DNA from: Octopus vulgaris | Lineage: Eukaryota | DNA length: 64,000 nucleotides | Assembly: GCA_951406725.2 (NCBI GenBank) | Contig: OX597820.1 | Span: forward strand, 29,884,001 to 29,948,000 | Reading direction: 5' to 3' | Shown: positions 1 through 12,879 of the stretch, one piece after another | How positions within the stretch are numbered: position 1 is the first letter of the stretch | Layout of the letters: every line of letters begins with the position of its first letter | Translations under genes and position numbers: made by a program | The notes under the pieces: generated by a model | Seen by the model: the letters and a program-made list of their open reading frames with translations, nothing else | Database searches by the model: none | Told to the model about the DNA's origin: nothing

Positions 1-487
1 CAATGGCATAAGGGATGTGCTCAAGGGAAGGTTGGACAGGACCACCCGCGCCAACCTCATTAACAGTGCAGTTCTGTCTGCAATGTTATATGGTAGTGAA
101 ACATGGGCTACCACAAAGAGAGAAGAGCAAAGACTGGTAACGGCTCAAAGAGCTATGGAAAGGTCAATGCTTGGTATCTCGTTGAGAGAGCACATAAATA
201 ACAAGATCATCAGAAAGAAGTCCGGCGTGAGAGATGTCATCGCAGAGTATACTCGCAGCAAGTATAGATGGGCTGGACACGTCGCCGGGCTCACCGATAA
301 TCGGTGGACGCACGCAGTTGTCGAGTGGTACCCGCGTGAGCGGAAAAGACCACCCAGAAGACCTCCACGACGGTGGAGTGACGATTTCAAGAGGATGATT
401 GGGATCACGTGGATGAGAAAGGCGCGATCCAGAGAGGAGTGAACAGCGTGCTGTGACCAATGGTGTCAAATGGACGCCTGACGGACT

Positions 488-490
<3 letters not shown>
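1..490 (+). mobile_element. RTE-clade LINE, 3' end (post-RT C-terminus, ORF 17-442), cut by the window start
   Basis: Translation has LYGSETW, QRAMERSMLG, RWAGHV and RPPRRW, motifs typical of RTE ORF C-termini. A short 3' UTR runs into (TA)n. Confidence 0.85.
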
Positions 491-529
<39 letters not shown>

Positions 530-896
530 TATAAACACACACACATACACACAAATTTAGGGAATGGAGCAGGTAAAATCCAGGTTACATATGTTTCCTA
601 GCTAACAGAACCTCGGAAGTAATAATTACTCAACGAGGAGTACTCTGCTAGCTACTCATGAGGCTGAAGTTAAATGAAGGTTACATTGCCGTCAAAAAGT
701 CCCAAGTTAACTCACAGGAGATTTAATCGAAGCTTACTAACTTTCTACACCTGGATCCTTTACATATTATTATATATATATATTACATGGAAAAATGCGA
801 GCAAGAGAAATAATATTCTTAAGGTTAAGCCTGGAAACTTACAGGACAAATTATTACACTTAGAAAAGTTCGGGACAGCTTATTATACCTGGTAAA

Positions 897-1253
897 CGGA
901 TTAAGTCAATTATATCGACCCCAGTGCTTAACTGGTACTTATTTAATCGACCCCGAAAGGATAAAAGGCAAAGTCGACCTCGGCGGAATTTGAACTCAGA
1001 ACGTAACAGCAGACGAAATACCTATTTCTTTATTACCCACAAGGAGCTAAACATAGAAGGGACAAACAAGGACAGACATAGGTATTAAGTCGATTACATC
1101 GACTCCAGTGCGTAACTGGTACTTAATTTATCGTCCCCGAAAGGATAAAAGGCAAAGTCGACCTCGGCGGAATTTGAACTCAGAACGTAACGGCAGACGA
1201 AATACCGCAAAGCATTTCGCCCGGCGTGCTAACGATTCTGCCAGCTCGCCGCC
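897..1253 (-). mobile_element. tRNA-derived SINE family B, ~2 tandem units
   Basis: Head GGCGGCGAGCTGGCAGAATCGTTAGC, B-box GAGTTCAAATTCC and body GCCTTTYATCCTTTCGGGG; more than 10 copies in the window. Confidence 0.85.
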
Positions 1254-1261
1254 TTATTTAA

Positions 1262-1644
1262 TTTTTCATTTGTTTCAGTCATCAGACTGCGGCCATGCTG
1301 GAGCGCTGCCTCGAAGAATTTTAGTCGAACTTATCAACCCCAGTACTTATTATATTTTGTAATGCCTAGTGCGTATTCTATCGGTGTTTTTGCCGAACTG
1401 CTAAGTTACGGGTTCGTAAACATACCAACACTGGTTGTCAAACGGTGGTGGAAGACAAGCACACACACACACACAATATACGACGGGCTTCTTTCAGTTT
1501 CTGTGAACCAAATCCACTCACTAGGCTTTGGTCAGACCGAGGTCGTAGTAAAAGACACTTGCCCAGAGTGCCATGCAGTGTGACTGAACCCAGAACCATT
1601 TGGTTGAGAAGCAAGCTTCTTGCCACACAGCCACGCCTGCACCT
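1262..1644 (-). mobile_element. tRNA-derived SINE family A (CORE-like), near full length
   Basis: Head AGGCGTGGCTGTGTGG, GGTTCAGTC B-box-like, GGGCAAGTGTC core, internal microsatellite and CAGCATGGCCGCAG tail; many copies in the window. Confidence 0.85.
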
Positions 1645-2049
1645 AGTATGTTTATAATTAAGATAGAATTTTAGATTCAGCGTTATAGCATATATCCTGT
1701 TATAACCGACCATCATACGTCAGTATGTCTCAATGAAGTGTGCATGTACTATATAAAATATGATTATCATAAAGCTTAACTATAAATGTAAGATTAATAA
1801 TGTTTTCAATTGTTTTTGTTATTTTTTGTTTCGTTTTTTATTTTTTTCAGACATGATACAACAGATATTGTTTTGGCAAGTTAGCAAAGACTTTGATATA
1901 CTAAACTATGAACTGAATATATTTATATACAAAATAATACTAATAACAATCTTTCTAATTTTGGCACAAAGCCAGCAATTTTGAAGAGAGGGGGAAGTCG
2001 GTTATGTCCGGTATTTAACTGGTATTTAGTTTTATGGACCCGATAAGGC

Positions 2050-2897
2050 TTGAAAGCCAAAGTACCTACAAGGAACTACCAGGCCAACATATTAAAGAAC
2101 GGCAGAAGCCCAACGTGTCGTGTATGTCAACAACAAAATGAAACCATTGATCATGTTGTCTCCAAGTGCAGTCTTCTAACGCCTACAGAGTATCTCAATA
2201 GGCATGATAGAGCTGCACAATATATTCACTGGGTAATCTGCAAAAACTTGGATTTGCCCCATGAAAAAAACTGGTGCGAACACAAACCACCTCCAGTGCT
2301 TGAAAATGACTACATCTCACTCCTCTGGAACTTCCCCATTCAAACTGACAGAAAGATAGATGCAAATAGGCCAGACATCATATTGAAAGACTTTAAACAA
2401 AGAGCATGCTTCCTCATTGATATGACTGTCCCAATCGATATAAACGTATCTGTCAAGACCTACCAAAAACTGAGCAAATATAAAGATCTTGAAATAGAAA
2501 TCAGCAAAATGTGGAACCTGAAGACTAAAACAATACCTGTTGTCATAGGTGCCCTGGGAATGGTAGCAAAAGGGGCTGATTGCTACCTAACTCAGATACC
2601 AGGAAACCTCAAAATGGCAGAAATTCAAAAGATAGTGCTCATGGGAACTGCTCATATCCTACGCAAAATACTTTCTATGTAATCTCAAGTTTTAAAACAA
2701 ACATACTTATCGTTTTTTAAATTAAAAATTTTTTTTTTTTGTTTTGACATTCACTAGTACAACACTAAATACAAAACCAAATATATGGCACACTAGGCAT
2801 AACAACATCACGAACTTCCAACCTGTTGTCTCTTGAGGTCTCTGGGTGAGACTTGGAGCCAACTTGTACAAATATAAAGCAAAAGTCAAACATAGAA
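2050..2897 (+). mobile_element. R4/Dong-type non-LTR retrotransposon 3' fragment (CCHC knuckle + restriction-like endonuclease, ORF 2050-2682)
   Basis: CRVC..ETIDHVVSKC, RHD, RPDI..D and KLSKY motifs; the 3' UTR ends in a (TAA)n array. Confidence 0.85.
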
Positions 2898-2943
2898 TAA
2901 TATTACTAATAAATAATAATAATAATAAATAATAATGATAATA

Positions 2944-3015
<72 letters not shown>

Positions 3016-3036
3016 TAATGATAATAAATAATAATG

Positions 3037-3085
<49 letters not shown>

Positions 3086-3188
3086 TAATAATAATAATAA
3101 TAATAAATAATAATAATAATAATAATAAATAATCATAATCATAATAATAATAATGAGGAGGAGGAGGATGATGATGATGATGATGATA

Positions 3189-3250
<62 letters not shown>
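2898..3250. repeat. (TAA)n/(TGA)n trinucleotide microsatellite
   Basis: Directly visible. Confidence 0.95.
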
Positions 3251-3257
3251 AATCTAG

Positions 3258-3415
3258 ATGTATTGCAAAAGTCGGCGTTACTTGGAACTGCACACATTTT
3301 GCGTAAAGTTCTGTCTGTCTGGGGTCCTTGTTGTGACTTGACTAACAGTACAAACCCCCGGGAGACACAATATTTTCAATCAACAACCTCACGATACAGT
3401 ATACAGTGCAACGTC

Positions 3416-3467
<52 letters not shown>

Positions 3468-3545
3468 GTGCAAAAAAAATCGTGATAACTGGAACGACTC
3501 ATGTATTGAGAAGAGCATTACCGCTGTGAAAACAACATCCATTCA
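3258..3545 (+). mobile_element. Two very short R4/Dong 3'-end fragments separated by (TAA)n
   Basis: LQKSALLGTAHILRKVLS and KIVITGTTHVLRRAL match the C-terminus QKIVLMGTAHILRKILS of the element at 2050. Confidence 0.7.
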
Positions 3546-3694
3546 TGAATTTATTTGTTTATTAATTTTTTAAATATCTATTTTACCTGTGAATTTGCGT
3601 GTGTAATCTGGGAATGCATACAATGAGCTTCTCTGCCCTAGGTATACGGAAAACACTCGGCGAGAAACGGAAGAAAATTTGAAGAAAGAAGGAA

Positions 3695-3752
<58 letters not shown>

Positions 3753-3869
3753 GATGATGATGATGATGATGATGATGACAACTTCAAACTTTTGGCACAA
3801 GGCCAGCAATTTCGAGTGAGGAGGCAAGTCGATTACATCGACTCCAATCATGTCTACAGGAGATTTTTT

Positions 3870-3920
<51 letters not shown>

Positions 3921-4396
3921 CTTTATCAGTCCATCTATCTATATCTGTCTATCTAACCACTTACTATTCAGTCAGTTGCGAATCAGGTTTAAAACCCACA
4001 ATACCATAACTACAGTCTCAATATATGTTAGCGATCACTGTGCCGAGACCTTCCTTTAGTAACTAAGCTTAACTTTTAAACACCTTCGCTAACCCAGATG
4101 TAAATCAATAACACAAAACTGTTTGAAACTGAACTGAAACTGTTTGCGCTGATGAAATAAATCTCATTAATACTTTATATTGTCTTGTTTGTAATTTTAG
4201 ATTCGTTATTTGATCAATTTTTTGCACGTTTTCCTGTTTTTCGTAGTAAGCATTCTACGCGTTTGTTATTTCTTTCCAAGTTTGCATGCACGTCATAATC
4301 AGCCAACCATTGAATTTTGTGTTAAGTTATAAATGTCAAGTATAAGTTACGGTGTTGCGTGTTTATTAAGAAATGCATATATAAATATATGTGTAT

Positions 4397-4451
<55 letters not shown>

Positions 4452-4519
4452 TGTGTCTGTGTGTGTGTCTATACATACATACATACATACAAACATACAA
4501 ACATACATGCATACATACA

Positions 4520-4553
<34 letters not shown>

Positions 4554-4789
4554 GCAATTTGTATATCGTGCTATCGTGCTTGAAGCCGATATACAGTTGA
4601 AAGCCTTCTAAGCTGCAGTATCATCTCGAGAAAGCATTTCTTATAGTCTATTACATATATTTTCGCAAGAATACCGCTATTCAAAAGGGCTTCATTATCT
4701 GCTTTAAGTATAATATTCATATTGATATTTTGAACTAATAGTGTTTCCTTCAACAATAAGGAATACATACAAACACACATACATGTATA

Positions 4790-4876
<87 letters not shown>

Positions 4877-4937
4877 ATTTGTATATATATAAGTGTGTGT
4901 GTGTATATATATATATATACATATGTATGCATGTATG

Positions 4938-4996
<59 letters not shown>

Positions 4997-6264
4997 CTAT
5001 ATATATATATGTTTGCATATAAAATATGAAGTAAATAGATATTCGATTTAAAAATACTAAGGGTGGAAAAAAGTCGAAGGGCTGCCCGAACTTACATCTG
5101 TAAACATGACAGACATGCTACCCATTATACCAAAGCAACGGTGGTACTCGAAACAGTTAAAGCTTTATTGCTTATCAACTTCGAGTGCCACCATCAAAAA
5201 AATACCTCATTTGTCTCGAAGTTTCTAAATCTTTAATAATATAAATACATACATACAAACATAGATGCACATATACACACATACACGCATACATACATAT
5301 GCACACACACACATAAATACATACATACATACATACATACATACATACATACATACATACATACATACATACATACATACATACGACTGGCTTCGCACGG
5401 ATCTGGTCAAAGAAATTGGTTTAACACTGATGACACTTGGCCTATGTGCAGCAGATTGGGTGCGAACCTTGAAACGAACTTCTGGACTTCATCTCTATAC
5501 GTTTCCATGTACGGACGCAAAAAAGAGCATTGAATATTTTTAGCATTGATTATATTCATTTTGTTCAAAGACGATGATTCATGATGTTAGAACGATGCAA
5601 GTGATGTTGGTGAATAAGAATAACTTAAAACACTACTTCCTTCTGAAGATCTGGCGTTTCAAAGTCATTACGAAATCGCCCATGTAACAGTTATTGCACA
5701 GCATACGGCTATATGTGAGCGAAACACGTGTAAAGATTATGTAAGTTATGACGTTGTGATAAAGCTTTTAACTGCATCTCTTGTTTTATTCTGCTCCCAG
5801 ATATACACCTTGTAAGTTGTTCAAATGTACATAATACCAAAGGAAATCAAAGGACAAAGTATGTTTAGTAGTTGATTGAAAGTTGAATATATATGGATCT
5901 ACAATGGAGCTTTAAGCATTGGGTAACTGGTGTGTTGTCTCATTGATATTTGCAATACATGCATACATATATATACATACATATATATGCATATCTATAT
6001 ACATACCACAGTTGAAACACTCTTATCACAACCTGGGACCTTGAAGACTGCTTTAATGCAAGAAAGTATACTAGCCCCTTAATATTTTATATTCAATATT
6101 TCATCTATTCAATCAATACTTCAATCAATACTTCATTTCATTTTACTATATATATATATATATTATTTATACTAGATATTCTATATTCTACATTAATATT
6201 ATAAAGAATATAAATAAAACATAAAATCAGACAGAGTTGGAATTTCTTTGAATAATATACATAC

Positions 6265-6336
<72 letters not shown>

Positions 6337-6789
6337 GTGTGTGTGTTTGTGTGTGTTTGTGTGTGTATGTATATACATACATATGTATAAATATATATGT
6401 ATATATATATGTTTGTATGTATGTATGTATGTATGTATGTATGTATGTATGTATGTATGTATGTATAAATGAATGCATGTATGTATGTTTGAGCAAGGTC
6501 GCAAATTTCTCAACTTTAAACGAGTAGTAATCCAACGAAGTGCTGATGCAGCTCTCTCCTCCTATAGTTGTCAAACGCTGGATATATCACTGTGTTAATT
6601 TCTTGAGGAGACAAGAGGGCATCTAGTTCTGCTCGCGATTGCGGAGGCATTAAAACAATTAGGAAAAGCATGGTACGTGATACAATACCAAGCCATACTC
6701 GTTCGTACGTGACGACAGGTTCTTCATACATAAATACATACATACATACATGCATATACACATGATTATATATATTATTATTATTACAA

Positions 6790-7060
6790 CGACGAGGGTC
6801 ATAGCTGATACGATCAACGCAACAGCTTGCTCGTGAGATTAACGTGCAAGTGGCTGACCACTCCACAGACCCATGTACCCTTAACGTGGTTCTTAGGGAG
6901 ATTCATAGTGACACAGGCTGTCCCTTTGTGACAAGGCCGGCCCTTTGAAATACAGGTACTACTCAATTTTGCCAGCTGAGTGGACACGAGCAACGTGAAA
7001 TAAAGTGTCTTGCTCAAGGACACAACGCGTCGCCGGGAATTGAACTCATGAGCTTACGAT
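6790..7060 (-). mobile_element. tRNA-derived SINE family C
   Basis: GAGTTCAATTCCC B-box and CCTTGAGCAAGACACTTTATTTCACGTTGC, shared with 32176-32307. Confidence 0.65.
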
Positions 7061-7082
7061 ATATATATATATATTTTTTTTC

Positions 7083-7364
7083 TTTTATGTTCCAGCTAAG
7101 AGCTGCGGCCATGCTGATGCACCGCCATTTTGCGCTACACTGTTATTACTAAGAGCCTCCTCTAATATGTGGCACTTCATGAAGAATGGAGTTTGATATA
7201 GCTACCCTCATTTGCACCTCTTGCCGTGAGGTAGGCTCATCTGGGACTCTCGACAGGAAGAGGTCCAGCTTTGATTTAAAAACCCCTACATCTACTTTGT
7301 GCAAGTTTCTCAGACTCTTTGGGAGAATATTAAAAAGCTGTGGGCCCTTGAAACCCAGGCTGTT
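7083..7364 (-). mobile_element. CR1/L2-group LINE 3' end
   Basis: Open frame 7364-7149, NSLGFKGPQLFNILPKSLRN...FKSKLDLFLSRVPDEP...GGS*, typical of CR1/L2 ORF2 termini. The 3' UTR matches the SINE-A tail. Confidence 0.75.
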
Positions 7365-7618
7365 AATATATATATTAATGTGAATAGATGTAATTATGCA
7401 TGCATTTTACATACATATGTTTATATCAGCATACCAGTCATAGAGACATATGTACACGTTCGTAAACAAATTCGTGTGTATATAAAAGTTCAGTAACGCT
7501 TGAGACATCAACGCTGAGTAATAACCGGAAGTTCTGACATCAACAGTGTGTCAACTATAAAACTATTGGCACTTATGTATGTACATAAAAGTATATATAT
7601 ATATATATACATATATAC

Positions 7619-7690
<72 letters not shown>

Positions 7691-7920
7691 ATACATATAT
7701 ACATATACATATAAGCACACATATACGTGTATATATATATATATGTATGTATACATACATATATGCACACATATATTATGTATAGATATATATATTTAGA
7801 TAGATAGATAGATAGATAGATACACATACATAGATACATACATACATGTGTAATGCGTATATGTGTATGCATAGATGCATATATATATATATATATGCAT
7901 ATGTATGTGTGGGTATATAC

Positions 7921-7969
<49 letters not shown>

Positions 7970-8216
7970 CCATATATATATATATATATATATATGTACG
8001 TATGTATACATATGTATATATTATTTGGTAGATATACAGATACTTGCATACATATGTATATGCACGTGTATGCATGCATATATATATATATACATATATA
8101 TATAGAGAGAGACAGACAGAGAGAGAGATAGCTATGTGCATATATATTCTTACATATATACGTATATGTATTTGTATATAAGTATGTGTGATCATTCATT
8201 TGTCTATGCATGTGAA

Positions 8217-8270
<54 letters not shown>

Positions 8271-8915
8271 GTACATGCATGTATACATACATACATACAT
8301 ACATACATACATACATACATACATACATACATACATACATACATACATACATACACCGTCTATTTAACTATTTAAAGGTTGTCATGTAATTTATGCTATC
8401 TGCCAACTAAGATATGCTCGAAATCAATTCTGCCAATGTTGCTTGTTCACATGCCCATATAAGGAAACTAGAAAAACTGATATCGGCCGATCTGATCACG
8501 TATTGGCCATAATAGTTCGCTGTGCATTTATAAAACCAATAGTGTGTATATAGTGGATAATGTGCCAAGTCTTTGTTCCTTTCACTGTTTCTTTTTCTAC
8601 TTTTTCTCTTTATCCATTGCAACTATATAAGTCTGTGTGTATTTGTGTATGTGCGCATACATGCACACACACACACATGTATACAAACACACATACACAC
8701 ACGCTCACACAAACGTATACAAATACACACGTAGTATATATATATATATAGGTGTGTAATATTTGTACAAGTTGTACTTATAAATCTATGTTCGTTTGCA
8801 GTGTGTTAGTTAGGGTGGTAGGTGGTGAATAATGTCAGGCAGACATGCATGCATGCATGGTGTATATCAGCAGTCAGGTGATGAACGCATGCATCATCTG
8901 CATACATGTATGTGC

Positions 8916-8946
<31 letters not shown>

Positions 8947-8968
8947 TAGAGAGAGAGAGAGAGACAGC

Positions 8969-9011
<43 letters not shown>

Positions 9012-9051
9012 GTTTATACGTACACACATACATATATATATATACACATAC

Positions 9052-9144
<93 letters not shown>

Positions 9145-9258
9145 TATACATATATATACATATATATATATATGCATATATATATATATATATGTATATG
9201 TATGTATATAAACGTGTATATATACGTATACATGTACGTATATATACGTGTGTGTGTG

Positions 9259-9292
<34 letters not shown>

Positions 9293-9686
9293 CATACACA
9301 TACATATATATAGAGAGAAAGAGAGGGTGAGAGGGAGAGAGAGCGGCGAAAGAAGAAAAAGAGAGAGAGAAAGAGAGAGAGAGACAGAAGTGAAATTTAG
9401 AATGCATTTACAACAAACTATGTATTCACTGCTAAAAATATGCACGAGTAAGCGCGCGCGCGCACAGACACACACACGTGCACAATATATATAAATGTGT
9501 ATTCTGTGTGTGTGCGTGCAGATGCATGCGCAGGTGCGCTTGAGTGCGTTTGGCAGAACAAACAGAAGAAATAGAATTCACCATTAAAGAACATATTTTC
9601 TTACACTTATGAAGTGCAAAACGGTACTCTAGGCTCTGGAGTAACTTACTGAACCTGTCATATGTTGACATATATATATTATAATA

Positions 9687-9769
<83 letters not shown>

Positions 9770-9791
9770 AATTTAATATATAAACCTACAA

Positions 9792-9835
<44 letters not shown>

Positions 9836-9916
9836 TATATTGTAGGTTTATATATTAAATTTACGTATATATATATATATATATACATATATTGTAGGTT
9901 TATATATTAATTTATG

Positions 9917-9962
<46 letters not shown>

Positions 9963-9964
<2 letters not shown>

Positions 9965-10157
9965 ACCGCGTGTGTACCGTTGGCGATATTTTTCCCCCTG
10001 TCTTCCCTTCTCTGGATCTTTCCTTCTCCTATGTTTTCAACGAAGAGCTCCGCTCGAAACGTTAAACCCTCTTTCCTTCTTTCTTGCGCGTCCAATAATA
10101 CTATATTTGTTCCACGTCCTCGCGTTGTTGTGTTTTTTTGTGCTTTCATGTTTGGAT

Positions 10158-10161
<4 letters not shown>
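9963..10161 (+). mobile_element. Short Penelope-LTR-like element with a decayed hammerhead (10033-10067)
   Basis: Homologous to 18870-19082 and 35747-35826 and ends at (TA)n. Motif GTTT-TCAACGA-A-GAGC/GCTC-GAAA-CGTT-AAAC. Confidence 0.6.
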
Positions 10162-10192
<31 letters not shown>

Positions 10193-10329
10193 GCACAGAG
10201 ATTATGATATACATATGCAGAAGTAGCATGTTTGCTTATAGATAGATAAAAAGAGAGAGAGGGGGGGGGGAGACAGACAGACAGACAGGCAGGGACAGAT
10301 AGATTGGGAGGAGGGGCAGAGAGAACGAG

Positions 10330-10892
10330 AGAGATACAATTGATTTCAAATTTTGGCACAACGCCAGCAAGTTCGTGGGGGAGGTGATAAGTCGATTATA
10401 TCGACCCCAGTGTTTACCAGGGTCTCATTTTATCAACTGCGAAAGAGGATTAAAACGTAGCGACAAACGAAATACACATTTCTTTACTACCGACAAGGGG
10501 CTAAAAATAGAGGGGACAAACAAGGACAGACAAAGGGATTGAGTCGATTACATCGATCCCAGTGCGTCACTGGTACTTATTTAATCGACCCCGAAAGGAT
10601 GAAAGGCAATGTTGACCTCGGCGGAATTTGAACTCAGAACGTAGCGGCAGACGAAATACCTATTTCTTTACTACCCGCAAGGGGCTAAAAATAGAGGGAA
10701 CAAACAAGGACAGACAAAGGGATTAAGTCGATTATATCGACGCCAGTGCGTAACTGGTACTTAGTTTATCGATCCCGAACGGATGAAAGGCAAAGTCGAC
10801 TTCGGCGGAATTTGAACTCACAACGTAACGGCAGACGAAATACCGCTAAGCATTTCGCCCGGCGTGCTCACGATTCAGTCAACTCGCCGCCT
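10330..10892 (-). mobile_element. SINE family B multimer (~3 units)
   Basis: Repeated ~184-bp unit with a single head at ~10890. Confidence 0.85.
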
Positions 10893-11214
10893 TAACGGGA
10901 AGAAGAATATTGATAATGCCATTAATGATATCTTGGGAATTATTATAAACCTATAATTATCTTAAATATTCGTTTTTCAGTCAATTTTTATACAGCAATA
11001 TATAAATTCTGTATTGTTTGGAAAATTAATCCATTTATAATAGCACCACTTCTAATGCTGAACACTCTTTTCATTGCAAAAACATGTCTGCCACGAGATT
11101 TTTTATAATAGCTACGGTTGATTCATGCCATGTGAGGGAAGTTTGTTAGGTGGAAACTGTGTAGAAGCCTATCGGATGAATTATGCCTGTAATTTTTTTT
11201 TTCTTTATTATCCA

Positions 11215-11815
11215 CAGGGGGGCTACAAATAGAGGGGACAAACAAGGACAGACAAACGGATTAAATCGATTATATTGACCCCAGTGCGTAACTTGTACTT
11301 ATTCAATCGACCCCGAAAGGATGAAAGGCAAAGTTGACCGCGGCGGAATTTGAACTCAGAACGTAACGGCAGACGAAATACCTATTTCTTTACTACCAAC
11401 AAGGGGCTGAACACAGAGAGGACAAACAAGGACAAACAAACGGATTAAGTCGATTATATCGACCCCAGTGCGTAACTGGTACTTATTTAATCGACCCCGA
11501 AAGGCAAAGTCGACCTCGGCGGAATTTGAACTCAGAACGTAACGGCAGTCGAAATACCGCTAAGCATTTCGCCCGGCGTGCAAACGTTTCTTATTACTTT
11601 ATTGCCCACAAGGGGCTAAACATAGAGGGGACAAACAAGGACAGACGAACGGATTAAGTCGATTACATCGACCCCAGAGCGTAACTGGTACTTATCTAAT
11701 CGACCCCGAAAGGATGAAAGGCAAAGTCGACCTCGGCGGAATTTGAGCTCAGAACGCAAATACAGGCGAAATACCTCAAAGCATTTCGCCCGGCGTGCTA
11801 ACGATTCTGCCAGCA
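11215..11815 (-). mobile_element. SINE family B cluster (3+ units, two heads)
   Basis: Same repeated unit. Confidence 0.85.
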
Positions 11816-12376
11816 AGGTCCGGTATTGCCAGGCAGTGACACGCCGATTACGCCTAAGAATGGCATTAAAGGTATAACGTTTGTGTGGAATATTCGGACA
11901 TCGAGACGCCAGTTCAATGAGCTTCGTAGTTTTGTTGATTAAACCCTTAACTTAGAAGCGGAGAAAGACATATTAAAACTATATTACTGCCTTCTTGTTA
12001 AATTATCAGCGCACACATAAATCTGCGGTGTGCATTACGTCTCTTACCTTCTTTTATACATGTGTCTTATGTGAAACCTGACCAAAAGAGACCGATAGAA
12101 TAAGTACTAGGCTTACAAAGAATAAGTCCTGGGGTCGATTTGCTCGATCGACTAAACTAAAGGCGGTGCTCCAGCATGGCCGCAGTCAAATGACTGAAGC
12201 AAGTAAAAGAGTAAAGTGTAAAGAGTATACATATACATGTGTGTGTGTGTGCGTGTGTGTGTGTGTGTGTGCGTGTGTGTGTGTGTGTAGATACAAGCAT
12301 ATATATATATATATATATATATGTATAGATAGATAGTTGCATATAGTTGCATATCTAGACATGCTCATATATATAC

Positions 12377-12612
12377 TTAAATGATAAACTTCTGCAAAGT
12401 TTTACAGATTTTTATAGTTCCAGTGATGGATTGGATCTGTAGTCTTCGAATCAGCTTTCTCCTTTCTGATTTTGAGAAGCTTAATTTCTCAAGATTGGTA
12501 TTAGGCAGTGTTACATATCCCATGGCACTAATAATTACAGGTATAAACCTGAACTTGTAATCTGGATAGAATAGCTGTAGATTCCTCATTAGTTCAGCGT
12601 CGGTATTTTCTT
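12377..12612 (-). mobile_element. R4/Dong-type LINE 3' fragment
   Basis: YKFRFIPVIISAMG...LQIQSITGTIKICK resembles the RLE C-terminus. Confidence 0.55.
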
Positions 12613-12879
12613 TATGTATGTATGTATGTATGTATGTATGTATGTATGTATGTATGTATGTATGTATGTATGTATGTATGTATGCATGCATGTATAGAAC
12701 TTTTAGCAGACGGGTAACAGTGCCTTCGAAGTTTCGATCTACTAGTCTTCGTCGGGCAATCAGACTGCGAAAGGCCAATAACAGCAACTGAGATACGAGA
12801 GGTATTGAGTAATTGCACGAAGTACAAATCACCTGGTTCACATCGTCTGCCCTATGAGCTTTAGTAATAGATACCAAAC

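Noticed and set aside
12720-12772. Minus-strand CCGACGA-A-GAC..GATC-GAAA-CTTC
   Set aside because: Altered core, weak stem II and no stem I.
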